NCBI GenBank assembly: GCA_963708025.1
Contig: CAVPSB010000032.1
Location: 128,001 to 192,000 of the forward strand
Direction of reading: 5' to 3'
Source: an uncultured Candidatus Rokubacteria bacterium
Lineage (GTDB): Bacteria; Methylomirabilota; Methylomirabilia; Rokubacteriales; DASRDR01
DNA: 64,000 nucleotides
The position numbers and the translations under genes are program-made. This document shows positions 21,413 through 32,069 of this stretch, in pieces. The notes below the pieces were generated by a model that worked only from the letters and a program-made list of their open reading frames with translations, made no database searches and was not told the DNA's origin. Positions within the stretch are counted from its first letter, which is position 1, and each line of letters starts with the position of its first letter.

Positions 21413-22492
21413 CTACTCGGGCGCGGTCGCGGGCGCGTCCAGCACGAGCACGGCCTCCCGGGGAAACGTCACGGTCACCGCCTGCCCCGGCTGCGGCAGG
21501 GTCAGGGTGGGGTTGTTGAACGTGTCCAGCGAGATCGCGTTCTCCTTGAAGCGCACCCGGATGCGCACGATGGGGCCGAGGAAGTTGACGTCCTCGACGG
21601 TGCCGCGCATCCGGTTGCCGCCCGTCGCCCCCCCGTCGATCGACACCGTCTCCGGGCGCAGCGCGACCGAGCGCGCGTCGCCGACGCTCGCCCGCTCCAG
21701 GCCCTGGGCGGCGGCGATCTCCTGCCCGTCGACGCGGAGGGCGCCGCGGGCCGGGTCGGCCACCTCCCCCCGCAGGATGTTGAGGGTGCCCACGAACGAG
21801 GCGACGAACGGCGTCTTCGGGAAGTTGTAGATCTCGAACGGCGCGCCGATCTGCTCGACCCGACCCTCGCTCATCACCACGATCCGGTCCGACAGGGAGA
21901 GCGCTTCCTCCTGGTCGTGCGTCACGTAGATCGTGGTGATGCCCAGCTCCCGCTGGATGCTGCGGATCTCGTTCCGCAGCGACACCCGGATCTTGGCGTC
22001 GAGGGCGGAGAGCGGCTCGTCCAGCAGGAGGACCTGGGGCTGGATCGCCAGCGCCCGGGCCAGGGCCACCCGCTGCTGCTGTCCGCCGGAGAGCTGATAG
22101 GGATAGCGGGTGCCCAGCGCCGGCAGCTTGATGAGCTCGAGCATCTCGGCCACCCGGCGCTGGATCTCCACCGCCGGCTTCTTCGCCACCTTCAGCCCGA
22201 AGCCCACGTTCTCGGCCACCGTCATGTTCGGAAACAGCGCGTAGGCCTGGAACACCATGCCGACGTTGCGCTGGTTCGGCGGGCGCCGGGTGATGTCCAC
22301 GCCGTCGACGCGGATCGTGCCCGCCGACGGCGTCTCGAACCCCGCGATCATGCGGAGCGTCGTCGTCTTGCCGCACCCGCTGGGGCCGAGAAACGAGACG
22401 AACTCGCCCCGCCCCACGTCCAGGTGGAAGTGCTCCACCGCGGTGCTGTGCGCGAACCGCTTCTGGACGTCGTGGATCTCGAGGAACGCCAT
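21413..22492 (-). CDS. ABC transporter ATP-binding protein (PotA-like)
   Basis: [26 protein letters not shown] domain. Confidence 0.93.
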   Translation of the reverse strand: MAFLEIHDVQKRFAHSTAVEHFHLDVGRGEFVSFLGPSGCGKTTTLRMIAGFETPSAGTIRVDGVDITRRPPNQRNVGMVFQAYALFPNMTVAENVGFGLKVAKKPAVEIQRRVAEMLELIKLPALGTRYPYQLSGGQQQRVALARALAIQPQVLLLDEPLSALDAKIRVSLRNEIRSIQRELGITTIYVTHDQEEALSLSDRIVVMSEGRVEQIGAPFEIYNFPKTPFVASFVGTLNILRGEVADPARGALRVDGQEIAAAQGLERASVGDARSVALRPETVSIDGGATGGNRMRGTVEDVNFLGPIVRIRVRFKENAISLDTFNNPTLTLPQPGQAVTVTFPREAVLVLDAPATAPE

Positions 22493-22501
22493 GGCTTCTC
22501 G

Positions 22502-22717
22502 CTAGATCCCTCGAGATGCCAAAACCATCACAGACGAGTCACGTTCTTGGGGGCGGGGCCGAGGAGCGAGCAGCGCCCACAGGCCGAAGGCCGTCCGACA
22601 GACGCAGGGAGTCGCCGACCGCAGGCGTACTCCTAGTACGCCGAGGATCGGCGACGACCCCAAAGGCCGAGGGCCGTCCGAGCGACGACGCGATGCGACG
22701 CTCATCGGCCCTGCCCG
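22502..22717. repeat. Structured MITE-like element family E copy 1
   Basis: CTAGA..GAGTCACGTTCT-GGGCGGGGCCGAGGAGCGAG..GGCGTACT-CCT-AGTACGCC..CTCATCGGCCCTGCCC; homologous to 51454-51644. Confidence 0.85.
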
Positions 22718-23509
22718 TTACCGGGCTCCGGCGACCTGGCCCGGCACCCTGCGGGCAAAGAGCTGGATGAACCCCATGCAGGCCCAGGTGATCGCCAGCG
22801 TGATGATCGCCAGCGCCGCCGGCTCGTAGGCGCGATTGGCGCCGATCAGCTGCAGGTAGGGCCCGAAGGCGGGACGATCCAGCAGGCTGGCCATCGTGAA
22901 CTCGCCGATCACGATCGCGAAGGTCAGGAACGCGCCGCTCAGGATGGCGACACGCACGTTGGGGAAGATCACGCGGAAGAGGATGGTGCTCCAGCCGGCC
23001 CCCAGGCTCTGGGCGGCTTCCGTCAGCGTGCGCACGTCGATCGCGCGCAGCCCGGTATCGACCGCCCGATACATGTACGGCAGCGCCAGCGCGACGTAGC
23101 TGCACGTCAACAGCAGGTCGGTGGTCGTCTCGGAGCCGGTCAGCGGCAGCACCGAGGCGCTATTGTAGATGCGCAGATACCCGAACACCAGCACGATGGC
23201 GGGAATGACCAGCGGCAGCAGCGTGATGAACTCCACGACCGGCCGCAGCCCCGGCAGGCGCATCTGGATCCAGTAGGCGGTCGGCACCACCAGGAGCACG
23301 CCGGCGAGGATGGTGGCGAAGGCCAGGGCCGTCGAATAGCCGAAGGTCGCCCGAAAGGCCGGATCGTTGAGCACGATCTGGTACGCCTCGAAGCTGTAGG
23401 TGCCCCGGCGATAGCGCAGCGAGAACTCGAAGGTGCCGAGGAGCGGAACCACGAAGTAGAGCGCCCCCAGCAGGACGAGCAACCAGGACACCAGCCGGTT
23501 GGGCTTCAC
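22718..23509 (-). CDS. ABC transporter permease (PotC-like)
   Basis: LTEAAQSLGA EAA loop; hydrophobic helices; GTG overlapping previous stop. Confidence 0.9.
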   Translation of the reverse strand: MKPNRLVSWLLVLLGALYFVVPLLGTFEFSLRYRRGTYSFEAYQIVLNDPAFRATFGYSTALAFATILAGVLLVVPTAYWIQMRLPGLRPVVEFITLLPLVIPAIVLVFGYLRIYNSASVLPLTGSETTTDLLLTCSYVALALPYMYRAVDTGLRAIDVRTLTEAAQSLGAGWSTILFRVIFPNVRVAILSGAFLTFAIVIGEFTMASLLDRPAFGPYLQLIGANRAYEPAALAIITLAITWACMGFIQLFARRVPGQVAGAR

Positions 23510-24408
23510 CGCAGCCAGCGCTCGCTGCGCGCCCGCAGCCAGATGTACCCGGCGTTCGACAGCCCCGTGATGAGGATCATGCCGAGCGCCAACGCGTAGC
23601 CGAGGTTCTGGTTGTGGAGCACGTCCCCGCGGATCTGCGCGTACAGCACGATGGTGACGATGTTCAGCGAGCTGCCGGTCAGCGCATAGGCGGTGGCGAC
23701 GGCGCCGAAGGCGTTGGCGAAGAGCAGGAGCGAGGCGCCGAGCAGCGGCGGCCACAGGACGGGCAGGCCGATGTAGCGCCAGTACTCCCAGGCGCTGGCG
23801 CCGAGGTTCGCCGACGCCTCCCGCCACTCGCGCTTGAGACCGTCGATGGCCGGCGCCATGATGAGCACCATGAGCGGGATCTGGAAGTACATGTAGGTGA
23901 GCGTGAGGCCCCAGAAGCTGAGGAGGTTGAAGCCGGCCGCGTAGATGTTGAACCCCAGGTAGTTGACGAGGAGGGCGGTCACCAGGCCCGTCCGCCCCAG
24001 CGTGGCCAGGAACGCGAACGCCAGCGGCACACCCGCGAAGTTGGACGCGACGCCCGAGAACGTCATGAGGGTCGGCCGCACCAGCCGGGGCAGGCCGCCC
24101 GCGATGGCGGCGTAGGCGAGGACGAAGCCGATGACCGCGCCGCCGATGGCCGAGGCCGCGCTGATCTTGATGCTGATGAGATAGGCGGCGACGATCGTGG
24201 GCTGGAACAGGTCGGCGATGTTCTGGAGCGTGAAGCGTCCCTGGCTGTCCTGAAAGCCGCCGACCGCCAGGAAGCTGGTGGGCAGGATGAGGAACATGAT
24301 CGCGAACGCGAAGAAGGGGACGACACCCACCCAGGCCCACGAGAGCCGGCCGAGCCGGGACGCCGCGGCGGCGGGGGAAGGCCGAGCCGGAGCGACTACC
24401 GTGGACAT
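23506..24408 (-). CDS. ABC transporter permease (PotB-like)
   Basis: WREASANLGA EAA loop; hydrophobic helices. Confidence 0.9.
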   Translation of the reverse strand: MSTVVAPARPSPAAAASRLGRLSWAWVGVVPFFAFAIMFLILPTSFLAVGGFQDSQGRFTLQNIADLFQPTIVAAYLISIKISAASAIGGAVIGFVLAYAAIAGGLPRLVRPTLMTFSGVASNFAGVPLAFAFLATLGRTGLVTALLVNYLGFNIYAAGFNLLSFWGLTLTYMYFQIPLMVLIMAPAIDGLKREWREASANLGASAWEYWRYIGLPVLWPPLLGASLLLFANAFGAVATAYALTGSSLNIVTIVLYAQIRGDVLHNQNLGYALALGMILITGLSNAGYIWLRARSERWLR

Positions 24409-24489
24409 GGCAGCCGTGCGCGACGATGCCCCCCTCCCCCGGGGGTCCGGGGGAGGGGATGGGGCCAGCGGGTCACTCCGAGAGAGGGA

Positions 24490-25596
24490 TCACTTCACGT
24501 TGGCGCCGACGACCGCGTCCCACTGCTTGGTGATGACCTGCTTCGCCTGGTCCTGCTGCTCGAGCGTCGGGAACACCGCCTTGGCGTAGGCCTCGGCCGG
24601 CGGGAGCTTGGCCAGCACGTCGGCGGGCACCTTCTTGCTCTTCACGAGGTCCTGGAAGCGGATCGGGTGGCAGTAGCCCTTGAGCCAGCCGAGCTGGCCC
24701 TCGTCGGAATAGAGGTACTCCATCCAGAGCTTGGCGGCGTTGGGGTGCGGCGCAAACGCGCTGATGGCCTGCACGTAGACCCCGGCCACCACGCCGCTCT
24801 TGGGCACGACCACCTCGACCTTGGGGTTGCCCTTGAGCGTGTCGCGATCGGACAGCGCGTTGTAGTCCCAGCGGATCATGATCGGGGTGGCGCCCTGGGC
24901 GAGCGACGCCACCTTGCCGATGACCGGCACGAAGTTGCCGGCCTTGTTCAGCTCGGCGAAGAACTTGAGGCCCGCGTCGGCCGCGCCGCCGACGCTCCCC
25001 TTCGCCGCCGACAGGCCGGCCGCGAAGACGGCCTGGATCGCCTGGTTCGACGCCCGCGGGTCGCCGGCCAGGGCCACCGAGTTCTTGTACTCGGGCTTGA
25101 GCAGGTCCGACCAATCCTGGGGGATGGTCTTGACGATGTCGGCGTTGATCTCGAACGCCAGCACCCCGTAGTAGTCGCCGTACCAGTACCCCTCGGCGTC
25201 CTTCTGGTCGTTCGGGATCGTCTCCCAGGTGGCCACCTTGTACGGCTGGAGCAACCCGTCCTTCTTGGCCGAGGGGCCGAACGACAGCCCGACGTCGATC
25301 ACGTCCGGCGCCTGCGGGCCCTTGTTGCCCTTGTTGGCCTTGATGGCCTCGATCTCGTCGCCCGAGCCGGCGTCCGGGTTCAGCTCGTTCACTTTCAGGC
25401 CGTACTTCTTCTTGAAGCCGTCGATAACCGCGCCGTACCCGCACCAGTCGTGGGGCAGCGCAATCACGGTGAGCTGGCCTTCCTGCTTGGCGGCGGCGAT
25501 GAGCTGGTCCATTTTCCCTTGCCCGGGGGCCACCCCGATGAGGGCCAGGACGACGAGCGCAGCAAGGGTGCCGGTCCAGATCCAGGTGCGGTTCAT
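24490..25596 (-). CDS. ABC transporter substrate-binding protein
   Basis: Signal peptide, LIAAAKQEG.L.VIALP..W..YG, APHPNAAKLWMEYLYS; GAGGGAGG SD. Confidence 0.9.
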   Translation of the reverse strand: MNRTWIWTGTLAALVVLALIGVAPGQGKMDQLIAAAKQEGQLTVIALPHDWCGYGAVIDGFKKKYGLKVNELNPDAGSGDEIEAIKANKGNKGPQAPDVIDVGLSFGPSAKKDGLLQPYKVATWETIPNDQKDAEGYWYGDYYGVLAFEINADIVKTIPQDWSDLLKPEYKNSVALAGDPRASNQAIQAVFAAGLSAAKGSVGGAADAGLKFFAELNKAGNFVPVIGKVASLAQGATPIMIRWDYNALSDRDTLKGNPKVEVVVPKSGVVAGVYVQAISAFAPHPNAAKLWMEYLYSDEGQLGWLKGYCHPIRFQDLVKSKKVPADVLAKLPPAEAYAKAVFPTLEQQDQAKQVITKQWDAVVGANVK

Positions 25597-25690
25597 GATT
25601 GTGCCTCCCTCGAAGATCGTGCGGACGGTTCGGTCCACTCGTCCCGCAACGGTCCTCCATTCCCATGATGTTGTCAAGAGCGGCCGCCGC

Positions 25691-27208
25691 CTACTCGCGG
25701 GCCCAGTCGCGGGCCCGGGCGACCGCGCGCTGCCAGCCGGCGTAGAGCGCCTCCCGCCGCGCCGCCGGCATCGCCGGCCGGAAGGCGCGGTCGAGCTGCC
25801 AGAGCTCGCGGAGCGCTCGGGGATCGCGCCAGAGGCCCACGCCGAGGCCCGCCAGGTACGCCGCCCCGAGGGCGGTGGTCTCCCGCACGCGCGGCCGGAG
25901 AACCGGCAGGTCCAGCAGGTCGGCCTGGAACTGGCAGAGGAAGTCGTTCTCGGTGGCGCCGCCGTCCACCCGGAGGTCGGCCGGGCGGCGATCGGCCTCC
26001 GCCGCCATCACGTCCAGCACGTCACGGGTCTGGTAGGCGATCGCCTCCAGCGCGGCCCGGACGACGTGGGCCCGGGTGGTGCCGCGCGTCAGCCCGACCA
26101 GCGCGCCGCGCGCGTACATGTCCCAGTACGGGGCGCCGAGGCCGACGAAGGCCGGGACCAGGTAGACCCCGCCGGTGTCCGGCACGGAGGTGGCCAGCCC
26201 CTCCGAGTCGGCGGCGGTGGCGACTAGCCCGAGGCCGTCCCGCAGCCACTGGACGGCGGCGCCGGCGACGAAGATCGCGCCCTCCAGGGCGTAGGTGACC
26301 TCGGGGGGCCCGCCGCCGGGGGCCGGCATGGACCACGCGACCGTCGTCAGGAGCCCCCGGCTGGATCGAACCGGCTTGCCCCCGGTGTTGAGGAGGAGGA
26401 AGCAGCCGGTGCCGTACGTGTTCTTGGCGTCCCCGGGGTGGATCGCGCCCTGGCCGAAGAGCGCGGCCTGCTGGTCGCCCGCGATGCCGGCCACCGGGAT
26501 GCCGGCCGGGAGGACGCCCAGGTCCGCCGTCTCGCCAAACAGTCCGGAGGACGGGCGGACCGCCGGGAAGACCTCGCGCGGGATGCGGAGGTAGCCGGTC
26601 AGCTCCGCGTCCCAGTCGAGGCGGTGGATGTCGAGGCAGAGCGTCCGGGAAGCATTGGACGGATCGGTCGCGTGGACGCGGCCGCCCGTCAGGTTCCAGA
26701 GGAGCCAGCTGTCCACGGTGCCGAAGGCCAGCTCACCCCGGGCGGCCCGGGGCCGCAGCGCCGGCTCCGCGTCCAGCAGCCAGGCGATCTTCGTCCCCGA
26801 GAAATAGGCGTCGCAGACGAGGCCGGTCCGCTCGCGGACCAGCGACTCCAGCCCGTCGGCCCGCATCCGCTCGCAGAGCGGGGCCGAGCGCCGGCACTGC
26901 CAGACGATGGCCCGGTGCACCGGCCGGCCCGTCGCCCGCTCCCAGAGAATGGTCGTCTCCCGCTGGTTCGTGATCCCGATCGCGGCCAGCTCCCGCGGGG
27001 CGACGCCGGCCGCGGTCAGCGCCGCCGCGGCGGCGTCGAGCTGGGTCTGCCAGATCTCCCCGGGGTCGTGCTCCACCCAGCCGGGCTGCGGGAAGTACTG
27101 CGGCAGCTCCCGGTAGCCGCGGGCGCGGACCGCCCCCTCGGCGTCGACGACCAGCGCCGTGGAGCCCGTCGTCCCCTGATCGAGCGCGAGCACGTAACGC
27201 CCGCGCAT
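25691..27208 (-). CDS. glpK: Glycerol kinase
   Basis: [48 protein letters not shown]. Confidence 0.96.
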   Translation of the reverse strand: MRGRYVLALDQGTTGSTALVVDAEGAVRARGYRELPQYFPQPGWVEHDPGEIWQTQLDAAAAALTAAGVAPRELAAIGITNQRETTILWERATGRPVHRAIVWQCRRSAPLCERMRADGLESLVRERTGLVCDAYFSGTKIAWLLDAEPALRPRAARGELAFGTVDSWLLWNLTGGRVHATDPSNASRTLCLDIHRLDWDAELTGYLRIPREVFPAVRPSSGLFGETADLGVLPAGIPVAGIAGDQQAALFGQGAIHPGDAKNTYGTGCFLLLNTGGKPVRSSRGLLTTVAWSMPAPGGGPPEVTYALEGAIFVAGAAVQWLRDGLGLVATAADSEGLATSVPDTGGVYLVPAFVGLGAPYWDMYARGALVGLTRGTTRAHVVRAALEAIAYQTRDVLDVMAAEADRRPADLRVDGGATENDFLCQFQADLLDLPVLRPRVRETTALGAAYLAGLGVGLWRDPRALRELWQLDRAFRPAMPAARREALYAGWQRAVARARDWARE

Positions 27209-28014
27209 CAGGGGGTCCCCCGGAGCCGGAGGGCCAGGTCCGGGCGATCCGTGGTCACGTAGTCCACGCCGGCCGCCAGCGCCGCCCGCAGCTCGTCCGG
27301 ATCGTTCACGGTCCACACGCCGATCGTCAGGCCCGCCACCCGGGCCGCCGCGACGGCCCCGGGCGCGAGCAGGGTCCGCTCGATCCCCAGGTCGTTCGCC
27401 TTCGTCGCGGCCAGGCGGACCGCCGGCACGATGCCGCCCAGCCGCTCGGCCCCGCGCCGGCTCAGCAGCGCGGTCAGCCGCAACGTCGGGGCCAGGGCCC
27501 GCACGCGCTCGAGGGTGTCCCACTCGAAGGCCATGACGGTGGTTCGCCCCGCCAGGCCGGTCTCGCTCAAGAGCCGCACGATCTTCTCCTCGATGCCGGG
27601 ATAGCGCGCACCGTTCGCGTCGACCTTGATCTCGAGAAGGAGCCCCGGGGCCCGGGGCGACCTCAGGAGATCGAGGACGTCCCGCAGCCGCGGAACCCCC
27701 TCGTCCGGCGCTCCCTTCAGCGTGACCGTCGTGAGCTCGGCCCAGGTCCGCTCGGCCACCAGTCCCCGGCCCGTGGTGGTCCGGTCGAGCGTGGGGTCGT
27801 GGAGCACCACGACCTCGCCGTCCCGGGTCAGGTGGACGTCCAGCTCGACCAGGTTGACGCCGAGCGTCAGCGCGCCGCGAAACGCCGCGAGGCCGTTCTC
27901 CGGCCAGAGCGTCGCCCCGCCGCGGTGGGCCGCGATCCGGGGCCGAGCCGGGCCGGCGGTCGCCGTCACGACCAGGAGCAGCGCGAGCGCGGCCGCGAGC
28001 CGGGCGACGCCCAT
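27208..28014 (-). CDS. Glycerophosphodiester phosphodiesterase (exported)
   Basis: [37 protein letters not shown]; signal peptide. Confidence 0.92.
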   Translation of the reverse strand: MGVARLAAALALLLVVTATAGPARPRIAAHRGGATLWPENGLAAFRGALTLGVNLVELDVHLTRDGEVVVLHDPTLDRTTTGRGLVAERTWAELTTVTLKGAPDEGVPRLRDVLDLLRSPRAPGLLLEIKVDANGARYPGIEEKIVRLLSETGLAGRTTVMAFEWDTLERVRALAPTLRLTALLSRRGAERLGGIVPAVRLAATKANDLGIERTLLAPGAVAAARVAGLTIGVWTVNDPDELRAALAAGVDYVTTDRPDLALRLRGTP

Positions 28015-28020
28015 GCTGTT

Positions 28021-28130
28021 CTAGACCTCCCGCCCACCCCGATCCTTCGACGGCCTTCGGCCTTTTCGGCCCCCTCCCCCACCGTTGGACGGCCTTCGGC
28101 CTGTGGCCGGGGGGAGGGGGAGTGGGAGGC
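28021..28130. repeat. REP-like family D copy with two nested GACGGCCTTCGGCC modules
   Basis: CTAGACCTCCCGCC..CCCCTCCCCCACC[module]GGGGGGAGGGGGAG. Confidence 0.78.
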
Positions 28131-28149
28131 CCTCATGGGTCCCACGTTC

Positions 28150-28830
28150 TCACTGAGACATTTCGGCCAGCTCTTCCATGTAGTGGCGTGCGTAGTCCTC
28201 GAAGCGCACCCAGTACCGGACCGGCGGCGAGTACCAGTAGCTGTCGAGCCGCTCGCCGGCACCCCCGAGCCGGTCGACCCGCACCGCCAGGAACACGCCG
28301 GCCAGCACGTCCACGCGGGCCAGCTGCGGGGCCACCTGCCAGGTGTTGGCGTACCGGCCGTCGCTCTTGCCGTCGCGATACTCGAACTCCTGGCTCCAGC
28401 TCTTGCCGGGCATGAGCGGCCAGTCGAAGTACCGGGCGGCCGGCTCGAACCGGTTGATCGGGCGACCCCGCGACTCCTGGCGGCTCAGGTGGAGCTCCCG
28501 CGTCCAGTAGCGCGTGAACTCCTCGTTGAGCCGGGTGATCCGCATGGTGTAGCCCTCGGGCGTCGCCTCGACCACGTCGTGGGTCACGAGGCTGGCCACC
28601 CCGCCGAGCGAGCTCGTCGGGTTCCGCCGGAACACCCAGCGGTCGCCGACCTTCCACTCCGGCCGTCTGCAGGTCGGCCTCGGGCGGCTTGGGCGGGGTC
28701 GTCGCGCAGCCGGCGACCAGGGCCAGGAGCCCGAGGACGGCGACGAGCCCGCCTGCCCCCTCATTCCGGGACCTCCGGCCACCCCCGGAGGGACCGATGC
28801 TTCTCGGGCCCTCACCCCCCGGGTTTTCAT
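28150..28830 (-). CDS. Hypothetical lipoprotein (frameshifted near 28670-28760)
   Basis: Alternate frame gives LGLLALVAGC lipobox; mature part PEWKVGDRWVF..WPL.PGK.W..YWYSP.V. Confidence 0.6.
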   Translation of the reverse strand: MKTRGVRAREASVPPGVAGGPGMRGQAGSSPSSGSWPWSPAARRPRPSRPRPTCRRPEWKVGDRWVFRRNPTSSLGGVASLVTHDVVEATPEGYTMRITRLNEEFTRYWTRELHLSRQESRGRPINRFEPAARYFDWPLMPGKSWSQEFEYRDGKSDGRYANTWQVAPQLARVDVLAGVFLAVRVDRLGGAGERLDSYWYSPPVRYWVRFEDYARHYMEELAEMSQ

Positions 28831-29688
28831 TTCTCGCTCTCGATCAGGCCCTTCACGAACCAGCGCTGCATGAAGACGACGACGGCCACCGGGGGCACGA
28901 GCGCCATCATCGCCGTCGCCATGATCAGGTTCCACTCCGGGATCTCGCCAGCGTCCCCGGGGCCGATCAGCTTGGTCGATCCCGATGACGACCGTGTCGC
29001 ATCTCCTCGGAGTTCGTGATCATGAGCGGCCACAGGTACTGGTTCCAGCCGTAGATGAACAGGATGACGAAGAGCGCCGCGATGTTGGTCCACGACAGCG
29101 GCAACAGGATGGACCACAGGAACCGCAGCGGGCCGGCGCCGTCGATCTGGGCCGCCTCGACCAGCTCGTCCGGCACCGTCAGGAAGAACTGCCGGAAGAG
29201 GAAGGTGGCGGTGGCCGAGGCGATGAGCGGCACCGTCAGGCCCCAGGAAGTGTCGATCCAGCCGAGCGTCGAGATGACCTCGTAGGTCGACATGATCCGG
29301 ACCTCGACCGGCAGCATCAGCGTGATGAAGATCATCCAGAAGAAGAACATGCGCGCCGGAAGTCGAAGAAGACGATGGCGAAGGCCGACAGGATCGGAGA
29401 TCGGCGATCTTCCCGACGGCGATGACCAGTCGCCATCACGAGGCTGTTGGCCATCATCCGAGCGACCGGCGTGCCGGGCGCCGCTGGCCGCTCCCCTGCG
29501 TCCAGGCTGGCGGGAGTTCTCGGCCGCGAGGGCCGCCCGGGTACAGCGGCCAGGCGCCCGCGGCCGATGGTGCCGACGTCGTGGGTCGATCCGATGAGGG
29601 CCATGTAGATCGGCAGCGCGAACACCGCCACGCCGAAGATGAGGACCAGGTGGGTCAACCAGCGGCCGCGGCCCCCGACCTCGACCAT
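28827..29688 (-). CDS. ugpE: sn-glycerol-3-phosphate ABC permease UgpE (frameshifted)
   Basis: [52 protein letters not shown] in separate frames. Confidence 0.88.
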
Positions 29689-29689
29689 T

Positions 29690-30572
29690 CTAGTAGTGGA
29701 CCCGCCCCTCGATGTAGCGGAACTGGATGGCGGTCAGCGCCATGACCACCGCCATCAGAATCACCGACTGGGCCGACGAGCCGCCGAGGTCCAGGTTGAC
29801 GACGCCGTCGACGCACAGCCTTGTAGATGAGGGTCTCGGTGGCCTTTCCGGGGCCCCCGGCCGTCAGCGCGTGGATGATGCCGAACGTGTCGAAGAACGC
29901 GTAGACCAGGTTGACCACCAGGAGGAAGAACGTCGTCGGCGAGAGCAGCGGGAACACGATGCTCCAGAAGCGCCGGTGGGGGCCGGCGCCGTCGATCGAC
30001 GCCGCCTCGATCACGGATTTCTGGATCGCCTGGAGCCCGGCCAGGAAGAAGAGGAAGTTGTAGCTCACCTGCTTCCAGGAGGCGGCCAGGATCACCAGCA
30101 GCATGGCCTGGCTCCCGTCGATCTTGTAGTCCCAGGCGATGCCCGCGGCCCGCAGCGTCCGGCCCAGCCACCCCACCGACGGATGGAAGATGAAGAGCCA
30201 GAGCACCGCCGAGACGGCAGGGGCGACGGCGTAGGGCCAGATGAGCAGGGTCCGGTAGGCGGCGGCGCCCCGGATGTGGCGATCGGCCATGACCGCCAGG
30301 GCCAGCGCGGCGCTCATCGACAGCCCCGTCACCGCACTGCTGAACAGCACCGTCCGGCCCGCCGACTGGAGATACAGGGGGTTCGTGAGCAGCACGGTGA
30401 AGTTGTCGAACCAGACGAAGGTCTGCCGCAGACCGAAGGCGTCCTGGAGCAGGAACGAGTAGTAGACGGCCTGCCCGGCCGGCCAGAAGAAGAAGACGAG
30501 GGTGATCGCGATCTGCGGGACGAGGAGGAGGTACGGGAGGAGCTTCGCCTCGAAGACGACACGCCGGGTCAT
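29690..30572 (-). CDS. ugpA: sn-glycerol-3-phosphate ABC permease UgpA (frameshift near C-terminus)
   Basis: [40 protein letters not shown]-terminal RYIEGRVHY*. Confidence 0.9.
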
Positions 30573-30651
30573 CGGCCCTCATCTCGCCGATTCGCCGGCC
30601 GACCCTCCCGGGCCCCGCACTCCCGGGGCCCGGGCGTGGACCGCCCGGTCA

Positions 30652-31990
30652 CTACTTGTTGGCCCGCTCGAAGTTCCGCAGCACCACGTTGCCGCGCTTC
30701 ACGGCGTTGTCGAGCGCCTGCTGGGCGGTCTGCTGGCCCTGGAGCGCCTTCTCCATCTCCTCGTAGATGATGGTGCGGATCTCCGGCATGTTGCCGAGGC
30801 GGAGCCCCCGGGAGTTGTCGGTCGGCGGCGTGCGGGTGAGCTGGAGGATCGGGATCTCGGTCGCCCGCGTTCTTCTGGTAGTAGCCCGACGCCTTGGTCC
30901 GCTCGTAGGCCGCGAAGGTGATCGGGCAGGAAGCCGGTGTCCATGTGCCACTTGGCGATGACGTCGGGCTGGCTGAGGTAGCGGAAGAACTCGGCCACCG
31001 CCTTGTACTCCTCCGGCCGTCGGTTCGGCGCCGTCATGACCCAGAAGCTCGCCCCGCCGATGATGGAGTTCTTCGGCGCGTTCGGCGCGTCCGGATAGTA
31101 CGGCAGCGGGGCCGCGCCCCACTCGAACTTCGCCTCGCGGACGACCCGCCCACGGAGCCCGGACGAGCCGTGGAGGATCGCGCACTCGCCCGAGGGGAAG
31201 AGCGGCGTCGCCCGCGGCGTCCCGCCCACCGTACTTGAAGGTGCCCTCCTTCTGCATGTCGATCAGGGTCTGGAGGTGACGGACGTGGAGCGGGCTGTTG
31301 ATCGTGAGCTCGGCGTCGAAGCCCTGGCCAGCCCGTTGGCCTTCGTGGCCAGCGGCACGTCGTGGAGCGCGCTGAACTGCTCGACCTGGATCCAGGTCGG
31401 CCAGGCGGTGCTGAAGGCGCAGGCGCCGCGTTGGCGGCCTTGATCTTGCTGCGCCGCCTCGTGCATCTCGGCCCAGGTCTGGGGCGGCTTGTTCGGGTCG
31501 AGCCCGGCCTTCCGGAAGGCGTCCTTGTTGTAGAACATGATGGCGGTCGAGCTGTTGAACGGCATCGACATCATGCTGGCCGTCGAGCAGGCTGTAGTAG
31601 CCCTTGCACCGCCGGCAGGTAGATGTTCGGGTCGAGGGCGACGCCCGTCTCCTTCATGCAGCTCGTGAGACGGGCTTGATGGCACCCTTCGCGGCCATCA
31701 TCGTCGGCGGTGCCGACCTCGAACATCTGGACGATGTGCGGCGCGCTTGCCGGCGCGGAACGCGGCGATGGCGGCGACCATCGTCTCGGGGTAGGCGCCC
31801 TTGAACGTGGCGTTGACCTGGTAGTGGGTCTGGGCGTCGTTGAAGTCGGTGGCGATCTGCTCCGAGCAGGCCGCCGGCCGGCTGGTTGAGGCCGTGCCAG
31901 AACTCGACTGGACGCGCTGCTGGGCGGCGACCGGGACGGCGGCCAGACGAGCGCGACCAGCACGAGCACGAGGAGACGTCGACCCGTCAT
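30652..31990 (-). CDS. ugpB: sn-glycerol-3-phosphate ABC substrate-binding protein UgpB (many frameshifts)
   Basis: PHIVQMFEVGT, SMPFNSSTAIMFYNKDAF, NSIIGGASFWV, NSRGLRLGN in separate frames. Confidence 0.88.
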
Positions 31991-32069
31991 GGCGAGATCC
32001 TCCCCTTCGGCTCGATGGTGAGTGGCGCTACTATAGCGGATCGACAGAGCGCCGGTCACTACGGGACGG

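Noticed and set aside
28670..32000. Pseudogenised ugp operon
   Set aside because: Dense single-base indels with intact motifs fit a low-quality consensus; cannot be fully excluded without reads
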